The notes beneath the pieces were generated by a model. It worked only from the letters and a program-made list of their open reading frames with translations. It did no database searches and was not told the DNA's origin. A stretch of 63,987 nt of DNA, filler included, from Octopus bimaculoides (lineage: Eukaryota): NCBI RefSeq assembly GCF_001194135.2. It is 6 parts of 5 records of this genome, joined end to end, with 100 filler letters (N's around TTAATTAATTAA, not from the genome) between each part and the next. Parts side by side here need not be neighbours in the genome. Positions count along the whole stretch, not along the records: positions 21,879 to 41,334 come from NC_068983.1; positions 41,435 to 56,013 come from NC_069006.1; 4 more parts are not named here. The stretch is one strand, 5' to 3'. Below are positions 37,811-51,731 of the stretch, one piece after another. Positions within the stretch are counted from its first letter, which is position 1. Each line of letters opens with the position of its first letter. A program made the translations under genes and the position numbers.

Positions 37811-40502
37811 TTAATAATAAACTCAGTTTGAAGTTTTGAAATAAATATAATTATGAAAAAAAAAATACCTGACCAACCAAATCAAACTATATACTGTCCT
37901 TAAAAATTTATTAGCAATGCTCTGACTTCTAAATAAGGAGCACCAACAAAACTATTAGTTTCTAAATTTAATACTAGAGACAAGTAGTGCTAAAGAGTAC
38001 AAAACTTGATAAGACAAACTGAGTCCATGATGTGGCCTTCATTCTGAGTTGAAGCCATTATACCTGATTCCTACTGTGAATGACCTTCAAGCAAAAACCT
38101 TCAATATCACACATTAAAGAGAACACTGTTCATGTTTAAATCTTAGAACTTGGACCTGAGTCAAAATCAATATCAATGTATTCAGATACAACAAAAAAAG
38201 AAGTCTATAAAAGAAAACTGAAAATTGAGAAACAAACCACACTGTATTCCGTCATTCTAGTATTTTACCTAACAGACATTACAATTCTATTCGTCCCACT
38301 ATCATACAAAACTATTTTTACATGTATGTGCACACACATACATACTGAAAGATACCTATCCAATCATCTATTCATGCACGCACACACACACACACACACA
38401 CACGAAAATGAACTGCAACTTGATGGTTAAAATATTTAATAATATTAATATTAAGTTGGTAATATTCTTGATACCCGGTGTGTTTTTCAGGATTAAACCT
38501 TCCCAATTTCAGCAAGAACTTTTTAAAGAATGATCTACAATAAAATACAAAATAATTGACATTGACCAGATTACATAAACTATTATTATTCTTTGATATT
38601 AAGAATTGAGAAAGAAGGATACATGAATTGTATTACGTTTGGTATAACTCAATAACTAGTGTTCAATTTATATCAGAATGATAAAATATGTGACTGATTA
38701 TTTTCTGAAAAGTTTTGGAAACCACACAGTAGAACTCCTGTTGTTAAACTGTTATAGACGTTTCAACAATACTGCTGTGATCAACAGAATAGACAACATC
38801 TGTAGAGTACCAAAGAACAGAAAGGACATACGTTCTACAATAAAGAAGATACAGTTAACTTGTAGTTGAGACTTGAGATTAATATATTAGTCCAAAGAAA
38901 CTATAGAGTAAAGAATTGTTTAAATGACAAAACAAAGAATGGTTTTTTAACTATGATTAAATTTGAAAATACAAATAGAACAGAGTAGTGATATTTAATA
39001 GAGGTGACCCAGAAGTTGTTCCTCTTCCATTACTATTGCAAACAACAGTAGCTTTCTTTAATTGAATATATGTCATTGACTGGTTAAAATTACCCAAATA
39101 CGATAACTTTGACATGAAATAACTTCTAAAATACGAAGTTTTGTCAAAAATGTTGAAAGTAAACCGTGTTCAGCATGAGAAATTACATCAGTATACAAAG
39201 TTTCAAATTGTTTAGTTAAAAAAAAACATAATTAAAAAATTTGTGAGCGAAACTGAACAGATCCGACTTGACAGTTACACTATGATGAAACTAAACTATT
39301 GTAGTTTTGTGTCAAAAATGATAACAAATGAAAAGAGAAAAATAAAAATGAAATAATGGTGATGAGAACAAAAATTATAACCAACAGGTGAAAATAACAA
39401 AATTTATTTGATAATAAAATGGAGTTGGTAAAAATAGTAGAGAGCTGCAAGAGACATTAAATGGGTATCCTTGACTTAATTTTCACCAAGGCCAATTTAG
39501 CTCTTTATGTCACAAAAGTTGATGAAACTAATTACAGTAATAATTGAGATCAAGTAAATTATCTGGGTTTTTTTTTTACCCTGACTACATTCAAAGCAAC
39601 AGTGGACCCTGAACCTAGGGAAAAAAATTAGCTTGCAGGTATACAAACAGGACTTGAAAAAGAACATACAACCAATCAAAGAGATAAATGAGTAATGCAA
39701 CTCTGAGATCTATTTTCAATATCCACTTTATTCATACTGTCTATGGATTTGGGAAAGGTGAAAACATAACAATATTTCCCTCTGTGTAACACAAAAACTG
39801 AATTGTACTATAATTGCAGGGAGCAAAGATGTATTTTCTCTGAGTACTTCAAATTTTATTTTTCTATACCAGGCTGCAACCATACTTTGGACAGCAAGTT
39901 CAAAAACTAAGATGGACTGCTGGAGGAAATGTCTATATAATTAATATTATTGCTAATCACTCTTTGACTGTAAAATGCTGGCCATTCTTTTCAGCTAAGC
40001 AAAGAGAGAAATACATTTTAAGGGATAAAAGTCAATATTGTAACATTAACCAGGTTAAAAGTTGGCCCTAATCTGTAAATTGAACTAAAAGGCATAACTT
40101 AATGAATTTATTCAGAATGCCCGTCAAAATAACATGATCATCAAACACAGTATGACTTCTACATGACCCTAAAAAAAGGAACAAACTAGTGTTTACAAAG
40201 AATGATAATTTTGAGAAAATTATAGTTTATACAAAATGAATGATGGTATTGACAAGAATAATGATTTGTATGGAATAATTCTAAAAGTTATAGTGACTGA
40301 AACTTACATTTTCTTCTCAGATTTTCGACATAAAAGTTTTACTTTTTTCTTTTTTAAGTTGAGAAAAAAATGGAAATAATTGGCCAAACTATTATGCTTA
40401 TGTATATATTATTATATATATTTTTATAATAGGAATTTTATACATTCCCCAACAGTTATGAAGCCTGGAGTGTGTGTGTATGTATATATGTATGTATGTA
40501 TG

Positions 40503-40566
<64 letters not shown>

Positions 40567-41284
40567 AACACACACACACATATATGTATATATATATATA
40601 TATAAAACTTTACCTGACAATATAAACACAAGTAATCAATTTTGGACCTACATACCATGTGAACCTACATGCAACCTTTCAAAGCATATATGTGCTATCA
40701 TTGAAGATTTGGATATGGTTTAAATATCACAAAAGAACACAGACAAAACATTTGATACAAAAAATGAAGAAAAGATTCAAGCAAAAACAATAATATACAT
40801 ATGTACAAGGAGACAAACTACCAACTGTATGACTATTAAAAAAAATGTTTAATTCTACTTTTTTGTTTCATCATTATATAAACTAACAATTATGTATGTG
40901 TGTATTTGTGTGTGCATATAATTATATATATATACGGCAAGAAGGAAATGGAGGGGATACAAAAATAGTATACATCAACTGTGAGACATTATATTATGTC
41001 TATTTATTTATTGTAAAACATTTATGAGAATATATACATATGTAAAGACTGTGTATTACATACATACATATCAGTAATTCATAGAATAGAAAAAGAACAG
41101 TTCCTTACGGCCGTTTCTGCCAAGTGGTCACAATACCCTACATGTTATTTCCATCTCTTCAGTGTTCTGTAGTGAACGGTAGATAAAATTAGGGTATTAG
41201 GAGTGCCTCTAGGCTTCATCAAAAGAGGGTCTAAAAAGTTCAAAGAGCTAATGCATGTATATATAAATATACTTATGCACACTC

Positions 41285-41334
<50 letters not shown>

Positions 41335-41434
41335 NNNNNNNNNNNNNNNNNNNNNNNNNNNNNNNNNNNNNNNNNNNNTTAATTAATTAANNNNNNNNNN
41401 NNNNNNNNNNNNNNNNNNNNNNNNNNNNNNNNNN

Positions 41435-43460
41435 CGTTCGTACGTACGTACATTCGTTCGAACGAACGCACGTTTGTTCGTTCGTACGCACGTTCTTTCG
41501 TTCGTTTGTTCGATCGGACGTATGTACGTACGTTTGTTCGTTCCTATGCATGTTCGTTCGTACGTTCGTTCGCTCGTTCGTTCGTATGTACGTTCGTTCG
41601 TTCTTACGTTCATACGTACTTACGTACGTTCGTTTGTACGTGCATTCGTTCGTTCCTTCGTACATTACGTTCGTTCGTATGTACTATCGTTCGTTCGTAC
41701 ATACGTAAGTTTATTCGTTCGTATGTTCGTTCGTTCGTGCGTACGTACGTTTGTTCGCTCGATTGTTCGTTCGTACTTACGTTTTTTCGTTCCTTCTTTA
41801 CGTTCGTTCGTACGTACGTACTATCGTTCGTTCGTACATACGTAAGTTTATTCGTACGTATGTTCGTTCGTACCTACGTTCGTTCCGTCGTTCTTTTGTT
41901 CGTTCGTACGTACGTTCGCTCGTACGTTTGTTCGTTCTGTCGTACATTCGTTCGTTCGTACTTACGTACGTTTGTACGTACGTATGTTCGTTCGTTCGTA
42001 CGTACGTTCCTTCGTTCGTTCGTACGTACGTTCCTTCGTTCGTTCGTACGTACGTTCCTTCGTTCGTTCGTACGTATATACGTTCGGTCCTACGTACGCA
42101 TATACGTTCGGTCCTACGTACGCACGTACGTTCGTTCATTCGCACGTACGTTTGGTCGTTCGTTCCTTCATTCGTTCGTACGTTCGTTTGTACATTCGTT
42201 CGTTTGTTTGTTCGAACGTACGTTCGTTTGTTTTTACATACCTACGTACGTTCGTTCGTTGCTTCATTACGTTCCTTTGTACGTACGTACTATCGTTCGT
42301 TCGTACATACGTACGAACGTAAGTTTATTCGTTCGTACGTACGTTCGTTCGTNNNNNNNNNNCGTTCGTTCGTACATACGTACGAACGTAAGTTTATTCG
42401 TTCGTACGTACGTTCGTTCGTTCCTTCGTTCTTTTGTTCGTTCATTCATTCGTTTGTACCTTCGTTCGTACGTTCTTTCGTTCGTACGTACGTTCATTCG
42501 TTCGTACGTACTTTCGTTCGTTCGTACGTACGTTCGTTCCTTCATACGTACTTTCGTTCTTTTGTTCGTTCGTTTGTACGTTCGTGCGTATGTTCGTTCG
42601 ATCATACGTACGTTTGTTTGTTCGTTCGTTCATACGTACGTTTGTTTGTTCGTTCGTTCTTTCGTTCGTTCATATGTAAGTTCGTTCGTTCGTTCGTTCC
42701 TTCATTACGTTCCTTTGTGCGTTCGTTCGTACGTACGTTCGTTTGTTCGTACCTTCGTTCGTACGTACGTTCGTTCTTTCATTTGTTTGTTCGTTCGTTC
42801 GTACATACGTTCGTACGTTCGTTAGTTTGTACGTACGTTCCTTAGTTCGTACGTATGCACGTACGTACGTTTGTTCGTTCGTTCGTTTGCTCGATCGTAC
42901 GTATGTGCGTACGTACGTTCGTTCCTACGTATGTTCGTTTGTTCGTTTGTACGTACGCACGTTCGTTCATTCGCTCGTTCCTATGTACGTAAGTTCGTTC
43001 GTACATACGTTCGTTCGTTCCTTCCTTCATTACGTTCCCTCGTTCGTTCGTTCCTTCCTTCATTACGTTCCCTCGTTCGTTCGTACATACGTAAGTTTAT
43101 TCGTCCGTACGTACGTTTGTTCAATTGTTCATTCGCTCGTTCATTTGGACGTTCGTACGTACGTGCGTTTGTTCGTACGTTCGTTCGGTCGTATGTACGT
43201 ACGTACGTTAGTTTGTACGTAAGTACGTACGTTAGTTTGTACGTACGTACGTTCGTTCCTACGTACGTATGTTCGTTCGTTTGTTTTTTTTCGTTCGTTC
43301 GTACGTACATTCGTTCATTCGCTCGTTCATTCATACGTACGTTCGTTCGTTCGTACGTACGATCATCCGTATGTTCGTTCGTTCGTTCGTTCGTTCGATC
43401 ATTCGTTCGTGCTTATGTACGTACGTTCTTTATTTAGTTCGTTTGTTCATTCGAACGTAA
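41435..43460. repeat. About 2-kb compound (TTCG)/(TACG) tetranucleotide satellite
   Basis: Continuous TTCG/TACG units with TTTG, TATG, TTCA and TACA variants, plus recurring higher-order blocks. All the long YVRSF-type ORFs here are artefacts of the repeat. Confidence 0.95.
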
Positions 43461-43464
43461 GTGT

Positions 43465-44700
43465 TTCCTGATGGGCCGGGGGCTTTCCCTGTCTTCATAC
43501 TCTTAATTGCTTTATCTACCATGGTACTGTCAACTCGGATAGCTGGTCCCTCTGTTGGGTCGACATACAGCAGACTCTCTTTCACCCATTCATTCTCTTT
43601 ATTAAGCAATCTATCGTAGTGGCATCTCCAGACCTCTTTCTTTGCAGCCTCATTTAGTGCAAGCGTACCATCATCCATGCGAACACATTTCTCTCCTACG
43701 ACATCACTATTCTCTCTCCTACACTGTCTTGCAACACGAAATACCTCGAGTCTTTGGACCTCACGGCGCAGAACATTGGCAAATCTTTTCTTATCTGCTT
43801 CCCCTCTGGTNNNNNNNNNNNNNNNNNNNNNNNNNNNNNNNNNNNNNNNNNNNNNNNNNNNNNNNNNNNNNNNNNNNNNNNNNNNNNNNNNNNNNNNNNN
43901 NNNNNNNNNNNNNNNNNNNNNNNNNNNNNNNNNNNNNNNNNNNNNNNNNNNNNNNNNNNNNNNNNNNNNNNNNNNNNNNNNNNNNNNNNNNNNNNNNNNN
44001 NNNNNNNNNNNNNNNNNNNNNNNNNNNNNNNNNNNNNNNNNNNNNNNNNNNNNNNNNNNNNNNNNNNNNNNNNNNNNNNNNNNNNNNNNNNNNNNNNNNN
44101 NNNNNNNNNNNNNNNNNNNNNNNNNNNNNNNNNNNNNNNNNNNNNNNNNNNNNNNNNNNNNNNNNNNNNNNNNNNNNNNNNNNNNNNNNNNNNNNNNNNN
44201 NNNNNNNNNNNNNNNNNNNNNNNNNNNNNNNNNNNNNNNNNNNNNNNNNNNNNNNNNNNNNNNNNNNNNNNNNNNNNNNNNNNNNNNNNNNNNNNNNNNN
44301 NNNNNNNNNNNNNNNNNNNNNNNNNNNNNNNNNNNNNNNNNNNNNNNNNNNNNNNNNNNNNNNNNNNNNNNNNNNNNNNNNNNNNNNNNNNNNNNNNNNN
44401 NNNNNNNNNNNNNNNNNNNNNNNNNNNNNNNNNNNNNNNNNNNNNNNNNNNNNNNNNNNNNNNNNNNNNGCCTCCATGTATGCTATAGAAGCCTCCAGCA
44501 CGACGTCCGACATGACCATTGAAGTCACCGGCCACAAAGTGAAGGTCCCTGTCCCTTGTCGACGAGGTAGTTTGCAAGAGGGTGTCATAGAATTGGTCTT
44601 TCAGACCATCCGGTAGCCCCGGTTGAGGGGCATAGGCTGAGATGACAGTAGCTAGTCTATGATGAAGCACTAGTCTAATCTTAAGTACTCTGTCATTATT
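43465..44700 (-). mobile_element. RTE-clade LINE fragment (APE endonuclease + pre-RT region), split by an N gap
   Basis: TVISAYAPQ....KDQFY.....GDFNGHVG (endonuclease) and KKEVWRCHYDRLLN...AIKSMKTGKAPGPSG (start of RT region). Ends at the TTCG satellite. Confidence 0.9.
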
Positions 44701-45454
44701 TGTCTCAACATAGTTGTATCATGGATTTGTAATTCACTCCTTTACAATAAAAAAAAAGTGGGGGGGGGGGAGGCCATTTGCCATTGAATATCTTGGCACT
44801 ACTTGTATACAGAAGTGGTTGGCCTAAGCACTTGTACCACAGCATCATGTTAGTCCTAAACGCAATATTAACTAATTACATCTGGTTCATCTAAATACAG
44901 CGTTTCAATTGACCTATTTGTCCATTTAATCCGCAGATTAAACGAACATAGAGGCTGATCTAAAGACCGTATTTGTAACATTATAACTTCCCTGTGTCAT
45001 TGTCATATACATTACGTTACATGTCGTCTGTTTAAATGCTTGTTCTGCTTGAATTTCTTATGTTGTTGGGTCATTCAGAATGCTTTATTAGTTTATGTAA
45101 TCAGTTTAAACATGAGATGATAATATCAGGTTGGCTTAAACTATGTGTGTGTAATGGTGGTGGTGGGGTGGTTATGCTGTGTAACATTCATTGTAGCCTT
45201 TTGCAAACACAGAAGAAATTGTTATTTATACTTTTTTATATTTATTTCTTGAGCTGTCAGAATTTTTGTTACTCTTCGACAACCTGACTCGACTCCACTT
45301 TCTATATATGCACACACTCACACACATCTACATGCGTATTTATATACATATACATTGACGTATGTTTATATGCATTTATACTTATACAGAAACACACACA
45401 CATACACACGTACATACATGAGTGAATTTGGCAGATGGAAACTGAAAGAAACCT

Positions 45455-45498
<44 letters not shown>

Positions 45499-45706
45499 TA
45501 TATATAATACAAAGAATATATATGCATGTATACACACATATATGTACATACTTACATCTACATGTGTATATAGATGCATATAAGGGTACAGAACATTAGA
45601 ACAATGAACTACAGACCCCGGAACGAACACATAGGAAAACAGATAGCCACTTGGAATTAATCCTTCGTCAGCTGCCTCTATTCTAACTAGACGTTTCGAA
45701 GATAAG

Positions 45707-45748
<42 letters not shown>

Positions 45749-46767
45749 ATGTATGTATCTTTGTGTCTATATCTGTTTCCACTCCTGTTTTTACATCATC
45801 ATAACATGGCAGTTCAGCAAAAAAGACTGATATAATAATAAGGACTACATCTAAAAACAAATAAAGATAAGTCGATTTGTTCAGCTAAAATTCAAGGCAG
45901 TACTCCAGCATGGCCACAATGACTGAAACAAGTAAAAGAATAAATACAAAAAGAAAGTTTGTATGTATATATACACATACGCACACGTGTATATAATTAG
46001 TCTGAACACTACAACTAAGATTGTTTTTTGAACACTATACATATATATGAAATAGCGGATGTGTATATGTTATATACAATCACTTAAAAAAGACTATGCC
46101 ACTGTGTTAGGACATCACAAACACCATGTTAATAAACAATTTAACCTTAAAACTAATTAACTGATGCTAATCATTCTCTAGTCTCTAGCCAACCTATCTT
46201 ATTCACATCAATTGTATAGACTGGTTTGTCTGCTATGAAATAGTATAGCTATTACCAACATAGCAATACTGCTCCTCAAATTCCTGTCAACACACACATA
46301 CACACACACACACACACACAGCGTGGCCCAAATTAATGCATACATTTGCACATTCTTTTTAACTCTGAACATTCTATACATATACATATACTGTTTGTGC
46401 AAATGGGGCTGTTGTTGTATTTATAAATATGCATATGTGCACCAGTTGAATATATTTACGGGTGTGAATATATGCACGGGCAAATGTCCTCTACTATAGC
46501 CACAGACTGACTAAAACCTTGTAAGTGGATCTTGTAGATGGAAACTGAAACAAGCATATTATATATATATATATATAATATGCTACTAATCTCACTTATA
46601 GAGGCACAATTATACTAATCTATCAACACACACACACACATATATATATATATAAACATAAACAAACTTAATGAAAACGTCTATGAAACACTAGATACAT
46701 GTACACACTCTTTACATAGTCTTTTATACAGTTTCTCTCATTCTCACAACCATGCACTTAATATATA

Positions 46768-46818
<51 letters not shown>

Positions 46819-46951
46819 CAAGAATGTCGTAGACAGTAACTTCAAAGTTTCAGCCATCTAAGCAATCTTCAGACTGTAATGCATTAGAATTAGTTTTGCC
46901 TCTATATAGTCTCGGTTGAATTAAAAATCATCTTTGGGGATGTGGGTTTTA

Positions 46952-47045
<94 letters not shown>

Positions 47046-47557
47046 CATACATACACACTCATGTGATCACATACAGTTTTTGTCTGCTTGTTTCTCTCAT
47101 TCTATCACACGCACACACACACACAACCAAGTAAATGTTGAAGCTTTGGTTTTTCTCAGAGTATACAGTTACCTCGCTTAATTCCTTATTAATCCTGGGA
47201 TTACCAAGGATTACATATCAAATTGTGTGTTAAATAAACTGTCTACAGTTATATTACACTCTAACTCCATAGATTAATGTATTATTTCTTAACTTATATT
47301 TACTCTGTGGTCTATTAATATCTACTATCCAGCAAAATAGTTCTTCACTATTAATTTACACACACACACAGATAGGTGTGTTTATATAAAGTCTTTAAAA
47401 AAAATAGGGAAAAATCTCACAAGCCCTTTTCTCAGTTTACGAGGCATTTAAGTGACTAAGAGGTGCATGGTACCTGGGGCAGGGGTCTTTTAGTATACCT
47501 CCAGGCCAGCTGAAGGCTTGGCAGTGGATTTGGTAGGCAGAAACCAAAAGAATAAGG

Positions 47558-47790
47558 CGTTGAGCTAGCAGAATCGTTAGCACGCCGGGCGAAATGCTTA
47601 GCGGTGTTTCGTCTGCCGCTACGTTCTGAGTTCAAACTCCGCTGTAGTCGACTTTGCCTTTCATCCTTTCGGGGTCGATTAAATAAGTACCAGTTACGCA
47701 CTGGGGTCGATATAATCGACTTAATCCGTTTGTCTGTCCTTGTTTGTCCCCCCTGTGTGTAGCCCCTTGTGGGTAGTAAAGAAATAAGAA
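47558..47790 (+). mobile_element. SINE family C, full length
   Basis: GAGCTAGCAGAATCGTTAGCACGCCGGGCG head, GAGTTCAAA B box, core and tail. Reverse-orientation full copy at 55140-55350; partial copies at about 48745-48880, 53330-53470, 56110-56520 and 63050-63125. Confidence 0.85.
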
Positions 47791-48321
47791 ACCAAAAGAA
47801 GTCAATCGTATGTGCATACACACACATAGGACACATGGTTCTAGGTTCAGTCCCACTGCAAGGAGACATTGCTTCTATTTCTTGTAGATTTGCGTGACCA
47901 CATACAGCTGCCCTCATTGGCTCGTGGTTTGTTTAGCCCTTGGTTAGCTTTGATTTGGTACACTTGTGAAGAAAGGTGTTCTGGCTTTAATCAGCTTGTC
48001 ATTTTCGTCTATGTCCCCCCACCACCACCACTGTCTAGTGTCCCCTTGTCTTTAAAACTGTTGTAATGAGGGTGTGATTTGCGGGGGATTTAGTTGCTAT
48101 TTTTAACAGCTTCAGTTACTTCATAAAGGTTCCTATTGTGTGTTTTATTGTTTTGTGTATGAAGCTGTTTTATTAAGTAATTTGTACCCTGTTCATATAC
48201 ATATTATATATATATATATATATATATATCGAAAAGCATAGGCTTGAAACGTTAGACTTACGGACTTACGGTCGTAAGATCGCTTCACCAGAGGGTGGTG
48301 GCGAACCCTGCTGTACTGATT

Positions 48322-48377
<56 letters not shown>

Positions 48378-50068
48378 NNNNNNNNNNNNNNNNNNNNNNN
48401 NNNNNNNNNNNNNNNNNNNNNNNNNNNNNNNNNNNNNNNNNNNNNNNNNNNNNNNNNNNNNNNNNNNNNNNNNNNNNNNNNNNNNNNNNNNNNNNNNNNN
48501 NNNNNNNNNNNNNNNNNNNNNNNNNNNNNNATATATCATTGTAGCACTCCGTCGATTACGACGACGAGGTTTCCAGCTGATTCGCTCGACGGAACAGCCT
48601 GCTTGTGAAATTAACGTGCAAGTGGCTGAGCACTCCACAGACACGTGTACCCCTTAACGTAGTTTTCAGGGGAGATTCAGCGTGACAAGGCTGGTCTTTT
48701 GAAATACAGAAACAGGAAAAAAGGGTGAGAGAAAGTTATGGTGAAAGAGGTCAACTTTGCCTTTCATCCTTTCAGGGTCAATAAATTTAGTACCAGTCAA
48801 GTACTGGGGTCAATGTGATCTACTGCCCCCACCCCCCACTCCTCACAAAAATCCAGGCCTTGTGCCTATAGTAGAAAGGATTATTATTATTGGTGTAGCC
48901 ATTTGGTTTCACCAGTCCTCAGTCAAATCGTCCAACAGATGCTAGCATGAAAAGCGGACGTTAAACAACGACGATGATTATTATTATTATTATTATAACA
49001 ATAGGGTCTATTAAAAGGACCCTCTTATAAACCTGAACCAATGACCTTACATCTAAATGCTTCCTCAAGTAGTTAACTGTATATCAAAGATTAACAATTA
49101 TTAATTGGAACTACGTATATGCTTGTGTTGTTATTAGGCTTTATGCAAGAGTCGTTATTAAATCTAATCCACTAATAACATATTATTAAGTAATAAAACT
49201 TGTAAGGAATCTGCCGAGATTGTGTATAAAGTCATATATATATATATATATATATATTTCTGTGTAATATATTAACATAGCTGTCTTCTATTAAACTGCA
49301 TGTAACTACTGACTCGTTCACCTACCTACATAGCGGCTGCGCTACCTTCCTGCATACCTACAATAGGTAATGCACCTTCAAGATTAATAATATATTAGGT
49401 TTTTAGCTGGCTACATTAACTATTAAAAGTATCTCAAGTTATTTATTCAGCTGTGTGTTAACTAGTAAGGCCGAGATTAACCATGTATTGTGTTACAAAG
49501 TACATGTTAACTAATATTGAGTGTTGGTTATTATTACACTCAATAGCGTAATAGTAATGTATGTAACATATAAGCTGTGTAGTGCACACATATACAAACA
49601 CCACACATATACACACACACACAAATATGTTTTATCGTTTACTTGTTTCAGTTAGTTGACTGCGGCCATGCTGGGACAACACCTCGAATCTTTTTTTTTT
49701 TTTTTCCTTTTAGTCAAATGAATCAACCACTGTACTGCCTTTTTTTAAAGCCTGGTATTTACTGTATAGGTCTCTTTTGTGTTTAAGTCCCTGCTAAATT
49801 ACAGGGACTTAAACACACCAGCACTGGCTGTTATCAAATAGTAGTGGGGGAGAAACTCAGACACAAAGATATACACACACATTGATATATACATACATAT
49901 ATATATATAACAAGTTTCTTTCAGTTTCTATCTACCAAATCCACTATCAAGACCTTGGTCGGCCTGAGGCTATAGTAGAAGGCACTTGCCCAAGGTGCCA
50001 TGCAGTGGGACTGAACCTAGAACCATGTGATTGGGAGGCAAGCTTCTTACTACACAGCCACACCAGAG

Positions 50069-50103
<35 letters not shown>

Positions 50104-51682
50104 NNNNNNNNNNNNNNNNNNNNNNNNNNNNNNNNNNNNNNNNNNNNNNNNNNNNNNNNNNNNNNNNNNNNNNNNNNNNNNNNNNNNNNNNNNNNNNNNN
50201 NNNNNNNNNNNNNNNNNNNNNNNNNNNNNNNNNNNNNNNNNNNNNNNNNNNNNNNNNNNNNNNNNNNNNNNNNNNNNNNNNNNNNNNNNNNNNNNNNNNN
50301 NNNNNNNNNNNNNNNNNNNNNNNNNNNNNNNNNNNNNNNNNNNNNNNNNNNNNNNNNNNNNNNACACACACACCACCACATTTGAACATGTGTTCATGAG
50401 ATTGCAAACAAACAATCATCAGTTTCACACTGGGGGTATTGTTTGCTTGCTGTTAATTCACCATGTAAAGAGCCACATACATATATATGAAGAAGGGATT
50501 CTTTCCAGTTTCCCTCTAGCAAATTCAGTGACAAGACTTTGGTCCACCTGGACTTTCAGGAGAAGACATTTACCCAAGGTGCTCTGCAGTGGTACTGAAC
50601 TCAAGACCATGTAGTTGCTAAATGAACTTCTTAACACAGGTTTGACAGCACTTTTGTGTGTACGTATATGGGTATATATTTATATATACTTGTGTGCATA
50701 TATGTTTGTGTATATATATATGTATGTATATATATATATTTGTCTATGTTTGTGTATGTATATATATGTATGTGTGTATGTATATATATACATATGTGTG
50801 TTGGTGTGTGTGTGTGTGTGTGTGAAAGAATAGAAAGTGTATATCAGCTATGTAGCTAACACCATTATCTAAGGAAGTTTCGATGGTGACCATTTATTGT
50901 GTGTGTGTGTGTGATAAAGAATCTGTGTGTAAGTGGCTGGGTAGTTGCTTGCTATCTTATCTTATGAACATTAATAACATATAATCTGTGTATAGTTAAC
51001 TACTTTAACAGATCTGATAAACTCACTAGATTATTAATCCTGTTTTGGAATCACAAGTATCCACAGAGCTGGCTCTTATCTCACTCTGCTTATCTGTATG
51101 TAGAACTAAGGCAGAGATGAACGAGAAACACACACACACACACACACGCTCAGCCCTTCCCTGGGCCAGCCATTGTGGTTGAAGTATAAGCTACTCTCTC
51201 AGTTAACATGTTACATAACAAACTATGTGTAGCGAGAGGATATATATCTTGTGTATGGAAAAATAAATCGTGAAGTCAGTCGTAAGAGACAGTAGTAACA
51301 ATAATAATAATAAATGTGGTTAGATTTTTTTTCGAAACTGAAGGAAAGAAAACCATTGTAGGAGTAATGCTTTAAGAGTAACTCTGAAAGCTGGCCAGCG
51401 TTGGGTTCTCTGCTTCTTGGGAATTGGAATATCATATTAGCAACCAGCTGGTGTTAACTGGGGATTTTTTTGGCTTTATTTTTTCTAGTTAGTTTTTTTT
51501 ATTGCTGCTTGTATTGTATTAACATCTTAGGCCTCTCTCTCTTAGCGGTTCGGCAAAAAGAGACCGATAGAATAAGTACTAGGCTTACAACGAATAAGTC
51601 CTGGGGTCGATTTGATTCGACTAAAGGCGGTGCTCCAGCATGGCCGCAGTCAAATGACTGAAACAAGTAAAAGAGTAAAAGA

Positions 51683-51731
<49 letters not shown>

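Noticed and set aside
41140-41230. Possible minus-strand last exon (PLLMKPRGTPNTLILSTVHYRTLKRWK*) with T-rich downstream sequence
   Set aside because: No recognisable homology or upstream exons; unsupported without transcripts.
41474-43460. Long overlapping ORFs of up to 439 aa (YVRSF/ERTN repeats)
   Set aside because: By-products of a tetranucleotide satellite that lacks stop codons.
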